Below, one piece after another: positions 54,583-64,000 of a stretch of 64,000 bases of DNA. Below the pieces are notes generated by a model, which had not been told where the DNA came from, ran no database searches, and saw only the letters and a program-made list of their open reading frames with translations. The stretch's first letter is position 1; each line of letters starts with the position of its first letter. The position numbers were made by a program, and so were the translations under genes. Source of the stretch: the human T2T-CHM13v2.0 reference genome, Homo sapiens; NCBI RefSeq assembly GCF_009914755.1, contig NC_060926.1. One strand, 5' to 3'.

Positions 54583-56332
54583 CTGGAACAGGAAAAGGTT
54601 TGATGTTGGAGGAGAGAATACAAAAGTGATCATTATTGATTTTATACATTATGGGTTGTGTCACACATGTAAACCTGTAAGCTGTATACAGACATAATAA
54701 ATCTGATTGTTTCATAGCGCTAACATAGAATTCAAACTCATCGTCAGATCAAAAGAAACACTTAAGTGATTTCTTTTCAAATGTAAGTGTTTTCCTATTC
54801 ATTCAAATCCTCTTCATTGTGATAGGAATTTTCTTCCAAAGACATTAATGCGCTATGATTATTCTCACATTCCCCCTTCCTAACACCAATTTGGGAACAT
54901 CACTACCTGTATATTATCCTACTTTGATAGCAAATTGCTAAAAGCTATAAATTTTTGTTTTTGACTTACCTGGGGCTAAATAAAGTGTTATTTGCTTCAA
55001 AATGATTTAAGTCTCTCAGATGAGTTCATTTAGTGCAGCTGCTGTTCCAAGACCCTTATCTGCATACTGCCCAGATGGATTCGCTCTGTTCCATGACTTT
55101 AAATACCATTGCTATGCACACTACACATCTCGTCCCTCTATGGATAACTCAAAATGGCCAACGTAGAACTTTTGATTTGCAACACCCTAACTCTGCTCCC
55201 ACCCAACCCCCCAAATCTTCCAGTTGCTTTCCATTCCACTCAGAATAAAACCAGAACTCAAGCCTTGCTTCCAAAGCTCTGTATGTCTAGCACCTGCCTA
55301 CCTTTCAGTTCTTCCCTGAGCGCTCAGCCAACTTGTTCTGCCTTAGGCTCTTTGCTCCAACTGGTACCTCTGTCTGTTATGCCCTTTCCCTTGAAGTTTG
55401 CTTGGCTTGATTTTTTAGATCTTAGCTTCGGTGTCTCCTGCTTCTAGGCTTCTTCCCTGGTTTCCTAATCTAGAGTAGCTATCCACTGAGTCTCCATCAC
55501 ATAGAGTTTATAACTATTTGATATTTTCCTCTCTTTAAAAAATTGACCTGTTTACTTATCTTTCTTCACCAGATTGTAATCTCTGTGAGAACAGGTACCT
55601 TATCTGTCTTGTTCTCAGGTGCATCCCAGTGTGCAAAACAGGGCATGGCATATAGTAGACACTCTATTTACTGTCTCAGTGTGTGTATACATGGATACTG
55701 ATTACCTAGAATTGAGGTTTTATCTTTAATATTTATATACAAGAAGCAAAAGTTTTATGCAAGATCTTTAAAAATGTTACTGTGAAAAATTTGGAGCTCT
55801 TTCTCCAGAAATGAAGTTAATATAACATTTTAATGGTAATTTTATGTATCAATTCATAATGAAATGTAAGTTCAAATTATGATTTTTTATAGATACCCTG
55901 AATGTTTTCAATAACTAAATCCAGTTTTGCATTGTTTTAAAATTAACCATGAGTTTTATGGGATTAGGAAGAAAGGAAGCAAATTAACTGCAGAAATAGA
56001 CCTTTAAGCTTTTATATAATCAAACTATAGAATAAAATACATCTCAAGAACATTTTAAAAGAAATTACTTCCCTAATACCCTGGCAACTTCTGTTTTTCT
56101 TAGGAAAGAATTATATAAAATGTAGACTGGAGTCCTGGACATCTTGTGCAGTTATCGTCCCTTGTAATCTATTTTTCAGGGGGAAATCTCTATGACTTAA
56201 TCAAGATAGTTGGATATACTTTAAGGACTAAATACTTCAAGACTAAATACAGAATTTTGTACATAATTGGATTGTACATTTATCTCCTGACTGTTCTGCA
56301 AAAAGTCTCCTAAGGACAGGTTCCATACTTAC

Positions 56333-56500
56333 CCAGAGGCACTTTGCAGACAACTCTTCCAAAACCATGTTCACATTCAACTTTTTTCCAAGTTTCATTT
56401 GAAGCTATCAACATGCTACATCTTCCAACACCACTCTTACTTTTATTTTCCCATTTGACAAATGTCACTTCTGATCCATCTAACCAACTCCAAGACTGGT
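56333..56500 (-). CDS. LY75: LY75 penultimate exon (exon 34), end of last CTLD
   Basis: ttcttcag|AC ... CTG G|gtaagt; QSWSWLDGSEVTFVKWENKSKSGVGRCSMLIASNETWKKVECEHGFGRVVCKVPL. Confidence 0.96.
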
Positions 56501-56582
56501 CTGAAGAAAGAAATTAAATACAACTACGTCTACTGCCACTAAACTAGTAAGTTACAAGCATGGGTTCATGTAACTCATCAGA

Positions 56583-56775
56583 ACTGTGCTGTCCAATATG
56601 AGAGCCACTTGTTAAAATAAAATGCATTAAAAATGAAAAAAATAAAATCAGTTCTTCAGTTGCACTAGTCACATTTCAAGTGCTCAAGAGCCACATGTGG
56701 CCAGTGACTACTATATTGGACAGTGCAGATATAGAACATTTCTGTCTTTGTAGAAAGTTCTATTGGACAACACAG
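56583..56775. mobile_element. MER33/MER3-like hAT MITE
   Basis: ctgtgctgtccaata ... tattggacagtgcag ... tattggacaacacag TIRs. Confidence 0.75.
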
Positions 56776-57265
56776 ATAGAGAATGTGGTGTTTCCGTTAA
56801 AGTGCAGAATGCTTGCACATTTATTTTGTGAGGGAGAGATTTCTAAGGACCCATATCCTTCCCCTACTCTAATTGTAAAAAGTCATATCGTTAAAGATAT
56901 GCTGGTGGAAGAGGAAGGGTGCAGGAATCTCCATCCCCACCTTTCTCCCACACCACCACCAGGACTCCATTTTTGCTTTCCAGCTGAAGTGGCACCACCT
57001 TGTGGTGACAGTGTAAACACGATTTAGGATTCATTTAGATGGACAACTTGGAATCCTTTTATTTTTTGACAAGTACTTAACATTTTAAAATTCACATTTT
57101 AATAATTTAAAATTCAACTTTGCATAAAATGTGAAAAACCTTATCTTCTGTCATATTTGTACTCTTATTTCTACCAATTCCAAGTTCACCTAAACCCTGT
57201 ATCTACTATTTCGTATTAAAAAATCCTTCCACAAATTTTCTTTGAATCAATTATCTGCAATTTTA

Positions 57266-57319
57266 TAGGTTGGCGCAAAAGTAATGGCAAAAGCTGCAAT
57301 TACTTTCGCACCAACCTAA
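57266..57319. mobile_element. MADE1 (Hsmar1 MITE), internally shortened
   Basis: TAGGTTGGCGCAAAAGTAAT ... ATTACTTTCGCACCAACCTA inverted repeats. Confidence 0.88.
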
Positions 57320-57808
57320 CACTAAGACAGTTTTTAAAGATTACTATTAAGACATAATTTTAACCAATGGTAAAAATATTCTTAGAGAGAAGGGAATAAC
57401 AAGAAGATAACTTTCTGAATAACGAAGTTATAAGCTGCAAATCCATGCGGTGACAGGCACTAGAACTCTAAGAGAAGGCAGGCATGGGTTCCTTGTGGGG
57501 ACACAGACATTCCTGTGGAGAAGAAAATGTCCTGATGTTGATCCAGGGATCCCAGAAATAAGCCTCTAGAAAGATTCCACTTTATTTAACAGGATTTTCT
57601 GTGTCATTAGTGGTTTCCGTCATTGCTAAGTTAACTCATGGATTCATTCAAAATTTATAACCATCCAGAACAGCCAGCGACCTAGCTTATTTATCCAGAA
57701 GAGGCATCTGAATTAGCCACTACTTAACATTCTTTAGCAAGGACGACTTGTTATTTAGGATGAGTTAGAACTCTCTTTGCACACTACACATACAATTATT
57801 TCACTTAC

Positions 57809-57931
57809 CAACAGAATGTTGAGATAATCCAAGCCAAACTCTCATGGTAATGTTATTATTTTCCCTCATCAGTCTGCTCACAAATTTATTCTCATCTTCA
57901 TCTTTTATGGAAACGATAGTTGCAGAGTGAT
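57809..57931 (-). CDS. LY75: LY75 exon 33
   Basis: tttcaacag|AT ... GTT G|gtaagt; HSATIVSIKDEDENKFVSRLMRENNNITMRVWLGLSQHSV. Confidence 0.96.
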
Positions 57932-58918
57932 CTGTTGAAAGAAAACACATTCTCAATTAGCTTTATGGAAACTAGAGAAGTAGTTTATTCTCAACTAGCC
58001 ATTTGAAAAATACATATATTATTAACAAGATCATTGATAAATTCAAGCCTTACACAGAGACAGTTTTTAAAAACTGGTATTTAGGTCAAAATTTTATAAG
58101 TACTTCAAAAAAATTACTTCCAAACATGTATAAAGAAATTTTGTGTTTCTTCAAAATATTTATCTGGCAATATTTTTTTGGCCCTGGAACTGCCTACCCC
58201 TGAGACCTCTCTGACTGTTCAGATGAGAAAAGAGAAAGAGTTGTGTAACCTCCCAATGCCACTTAGCTAGGATATGTGGGAACTGGGATTTGAACCCAGA
58301 CCCTCATGCCTCCAAGTCTTAAGTGCTTAACCTACATATTAGTTTTACAGTAAACCATTCTGTTTTCTCCTTTAGGAGAAAAAGGTTTATGACTTTCAAA
58401 ACATACATATATCTTACAACAGTTTCCATCATGTGTATTCAGGTATAAAACCGAATGGTTCCCACACAAAAGTTCCCGGTAACTACAAGATTTTTCAATC
58501 AGTCAAGTGTCTCCACAACGGTTATCAGAATAAATTAGATAAATGCCATCCATCTACCTGGCTAATTTGCTACCCAAGGAAGCAGGTAAACAAGTTTTGG
58601 TCTTTGAAATACTCTAGGTAGTTTCCCTAGAAGTCATTTTACAGTTTGACTATGGATCAAATTTGTCACGGGAAAGAGCCAATCATTGCTACTCTTTCTA
58701 AAATAGCTAAATCTGAAGGCAAAAAGCACTGCCCTTTATGGTGGTCAGAGGATGTGGCCAATCCTATTGCAGAACGGATGGACAACCATACTACTTTGAT
58801 TTGTTACCCTGGTGAGGCTAAGCTTATGTATTAATAACTAAGCAATGGAACAACTATAATTTTTATTTACTACTTAGCTAACTTTACAAAAATTTTACCT
58901 CTTAATTCCTTTTTCTAA

Positions 58919-59673
<755 letters not shown>

Positions 59674-59885
59674 TTTTAATGGCTATTCCAATATTTCATT
59701 GAGTTCCTATGTCATCAGATACTTAACCATTTCCCTACCACTGGGCAATTAGTTTATAGCGCTATTAGAAATGGAAAGTGCTTTAAAAATATTTTCAAAA
59801 ATACAATCATTGCTTCAAATTATATCCTTAAGAAACATTTCTAAAAATTATTGAGTCATAAGAAAATCAACAAATTTTAACTCAC

Positions 59886-60035
59886 CATGTTTTGAACACA
59901 ATTTTTTGGCCTCTGAAAAACTGTGCAATGCCTGATCAGACTTGTAACAGTGACCCTTGTACTGGATCCACCGTGACCCATTCTCTTTTGCTGCTGGACA
60001 TCTTGATGAATATGTAAGACGGGACAGCTTTTTAG
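59886..60035 (-). CDS. LY75: LY75 exon 32, start of last CTLD
   Basis: tttttatag|CT ... CAT G|gtgagt; KKLSRLTYSSRCPAAKENGSRWIQYKGHCYKSDQALHSFSEAKKLCSKH. Confidence 0.95.
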
Positions 60036-60599
60036 CTATAAAAATGTTAGACACAGTTGTAACAATGCATGGAAAAAAAAGACTGCCTTTCAAAATCTAC
60101 TTCAATGTCCCTGATTGGAACTGTTGCGTTTGTGGTTGAGTAGCATTTAACTCATACCAGAGAAAGCCACAGCCCACACTCTATAAATACATATTTTAAT
60201 TAACTTTTTGGAATACCGTTTAAAAAACCTAGGTGATAGAAGTGGAAAGTGCCTTAGCTTTCTAAGACTGATTTGGACTAAAGTAGAAACAATGAGAAAG
60301 ACAGACTAGAAAAAGAAGTAAAGACAGGCCAGGCAGACCTGAAAGTACTCTGAAATAATAATTAAAATTATTTCTTTCTTTGGATTCCTTTTTTTGTTTA
60401 TTATTATTTTTTTTAGTAGAGACGAAGTTTCACCATGCTGGCCAGGCTGGTTTCAAACTCCTCACCTCAAGTGATTTGCCTGCCTCAGGCTCCCAAAGTG
60501 CTGGGATTACAGGCGTGACCCCACAGCGCCTAGCCCGTTGGATTCCTTTTTATTTTGATAATCTAAATAAATCTAGTTTTACTTAGTCATAAAAAGAAC

Positions 60600-61713
60600 T
60601 ATTTTTTAAAAATAGCTAATTTGTTTTACAAAGCATAATACATCAGCACCGCAACATCACTCAAACAAAAAAAGACTAGGAGTGGCTTCTTAGCTCTTAA
60701 AAATGCCCCTGGTTTCCATTTAAATTGATTTTTAATTGTGCTGAGTAACAGAAGCAGCCTGAGGAATGCAGCTTGTGCCCTTTAACACCTGTTTTTAATT
60801 CCAACCGAAGAGCATATGAAAACTGGAAAGTAAATTGTCAATGTCGTATTAGTGCGGTACAGCTTATCTGAATCAAATATCTGACCTGGTACCAGTCAGT
60901 AATCTCAACCCAAACTATTGCTTTGTAATGCATTCTGTATGATCTTTATGTCCTTCAGTAAGTAAAGGCTTTTTCTGTTTTTTTCTCCAAATCTCCACTT
61001 GGCAGAGTCCTTATTTGTGGTCTCTGTGATTAGAGAGGAATGGCGGCTACTGTGAGACTCTTTAGTGGCCCTTAGTTCCTTCTGCTGCTTCTCTATCTTC
61101 TGTTAGAAACCAGACTTGATCTTTTTGAACTTCGGTTATTTGATTGGCTTTTGCCTCCATTCTTCTCACTAACACACCAATTTGAGTACTAAGTCTTCAG
61201 TTCAGCAGTTGGACTCCTGGGTAAGTTTCCCAGCTGCTGCAGATCAAAATGCATTTGCCAAATTCATCTATACAATCTATAAAACTTCTCACAACTCCTC
61301 ATCAATGCTGCTGTTGAAAAGAAATGTTACTAGTAAGTTCTTGTTTTTACCACCTTATGAAAATAGTTGGTTGGGCAAAGGTATATTGCTGGTTACTCAT
61401 TGTTGCACTGGGCTCAATTGTTAATGCAAAACTTGTTGAACATTGATTATTATGGCATCATTAGGATAGGGAACTTTTCTGAATGGTTTGACCTTTTTTT
61501 TTTTAACATTACTTCTTGCACTGGCAACATAAGGAACTGCCTTATCTTTGGTCTATTTGTTTCTAGTATAGTCTGCAACTGGGGTCTCTTAGGCTGCGTA
61601 CATTTTTTTTTCTTCTTGTTCTTCATGAAGTTTTGCTTCCAACTCTTTTTTTTTTTTTTCTGTAAGGGCTTGCATCGTGGTAAGTGTGTTACATTCCTGT
61701 TCAAGAAGATCCA

Positions 61714-61720
<7 letters not shown>
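60600..61720 (-). pseudogene. CEP57 processed pseudogene, 3' segment (C-terminal CDS plus 3' UTR remnant)
   Basis: Minus-strand peptides DLLEQECNTLTTMQAL, ELEAKLHEE, RMEAKANQITEVQK and LLKDIKIIQNALQSNSLG*DY* match recalled CEP57 (DLLEQEYNKLTTMQAL, RMEAKANQITKVRK, LLKDMQSIQNSLQSSSLCWDY*); many stops and frameshifts; left boundary approximate. Confidence 0.88.
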
Positions 61721-62706
<986 letters not shown>

Positions 62707-62733
62707 GAAGATCCAGTTTTTAAAGTTAGCCCT

Positions 62734-63168
62734 TGTATTCGTTTCCTTGGGCTGCCATAATAAATTCCACAAAATTGGTGGCTTAAAACAACAGAAATGT
62801 ATGCTCTCACAGTTCTGGAGGCTAGAAGTCTGAATTGAAGAGGGTGTTAGGATTGGTTTTCATTGGAGGCTGTATTGGAGAATCTGTCTCGTGCCTCCCT
62901 CTCATCTTCTGGTGGTTGCCTACAGTCCTTGGTTTATCACTCTGTCACTGCAATCTCAGCCTTTGTCATCACGTGGACTTTTTCCCTCTGTGTGTCTGTA
63001 TCTCCCTCTTATAAGGACACTAGTCATTGGATTTAGGGCCCACCATTATCCAATATGTCCTCATCTCAACTACCTAGGTCTGTAAAGACTATTTCTCAGT
63101 AAAGTCACATTCTAAGGTTCTGACTGGACGGGAATCTTTGGGGAGGAGGCACTCTTCAACCTGGTAGA
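62734..63168. mobile_element. MLT1-type MaLR solo LTR
   Basis: tgtattcgtttcct...ggtggcttaaaacaacagaaat...ctcacagttctggaggctagaagtc...cttataaggacactagtcattggatttagggcccac. Confidence 0.85.
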
Positions 63169-63580
63169 GCACAGAACTTATGTCTGGCCATCTTATCATT
63201 CTCTATCCTATAAAGCCTGTTTCTCTATTTCTGCATGCCTTATTTCTCATGTATTCCAATTGTTTTTCTAAAAAGTTACATTTGTTTTCTGTGCCTAACA
63301 ACTGAGAAGTCAGTTCTTGATTGTACCTTGATTCCTCATCCTTTATATCATTCTCCCTTTCTTTTATTAACCTGCTTCTCTAAAGTTTTCACATTTTCTT
63401 CGGCCTGAATCTGTTCAACCAAATGTTGAATCTGCCGTTCAAGATTCTTCAGAGCAGAAAACATGGTGAGCATTGAGAACCAGAGTCTTCGGAAACCAAT
63501 GCCACCACCCCCCAGCCTGTCCTGCAGGCCTCTGCAGTCCCCGGTAGTTTGTTTTTTTGTGGTCTTCCTCAAGGTTCATG
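63169..63580 (-). pseudogene. CEP57 processed pseudogene, 5' segment
   Basis: MFSALKNLERQIQHLVEQIQAEENVKTL and KDEESRYNQELTSQLLGTENKCNFLEKQLEYMRN match recalled CEP57 [29 protein letters not shown] and KNEESKHNQELTSQLLAAENKCNLLEKQLEYMRN; right boundary approximate. Confidence 0.88.
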
Positions 63581-63726
63581 CTTTATCCACCAGGGGTGAC
63601 CCTAAGTCCAGCCTCTAATGGAAGAGGCTCTTCCCTTAAACTTTAAGGATCATATAAATTTGGAAAATGCTTGGTTACACAAAGTTAAACAGACTTCATT
63701 ATTACAGAAACTCTCTTAGAACCTTT

Positions 63727-64000
63727 GGCCAGGCGTAGTAGCTCACACCTATACTCTCAGCACTTTGGGAGGCTGAAACAGGAGGATTGTTTGAGCCTAG
63801 GATCCTAGTTCAAGACCAGCTTGAACAGCATTGTGAGACCCTAACTCTACAAAATATTTTAAATATTAGCTGGGTGTGGTGGCATGTGTATGTGGTCCCA
63901 GCTACTCAGGAGGCTGAGTTGGGAGGACTGCTTGAGCCCAGGAGGTCAAGGCTGCAGTGAGCCATGTTCATGCCACTGCACTCCAGTCTGGGCAACAGAG
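63727..64000 (+). mobile_element. AluJ, runs off the window
   Basis: Alu consensus. Confidence 0.88.

Noticed and set aside
61450-61704. 84-aa Lys-rich ORF, and the 74-aa ORF at 63348-63572
   Set aside because: Out-of-frame or partial readings of the decayed CEP57 retrocopy; no intact coding sequence.

Overview
Primate (human-type, AluY-bearing) genomic DNA matching the MARCHF7-CD302-LY75 locus (human 2q24, from recall). On the + strand are the last five coding exons of MARCHF7 (RING-CH E3 ligase) and its 3' UTR. On the - strand are the complete six-exon CD302/DCL-1 gene (232 aa, CpG-island promoter at about 47.0-47.7 kb) and the last four coding exons plus 3' UTR of LY75/DEC-205. All exon boundaries were derived by hand from GT-AG sites and give continuous reading frames. 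Points of note: (1) an old, fragmented CEP57 processed pseudogene in a LY75 intron, apparently copied from an exon-skipped mRNA and later split by an MLT1 LTR and an L1 that itself contains an Alu; (2) all CD302 and visible LY75 introns are phase 1, which explains the known in-frame LY75-CD302 read-through, and CD302 resembles a tandem duplicate of the LY75 3' end; (3) MARCHF7 and CD302 converge with interleaved poly(A) signals and probable antisense 3' UTR overlap; (4) two candidate unannotated MARCHF7 cassette exons. The rest is mostly Alu, L1, L2, LTR and DNA-transposon remnants. Repeat subfamily names and gene identities come from recall, not from database searches, and old-repeat boundaries are approximate. 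I found no CRISPR array, RNA gene or clearly new system.
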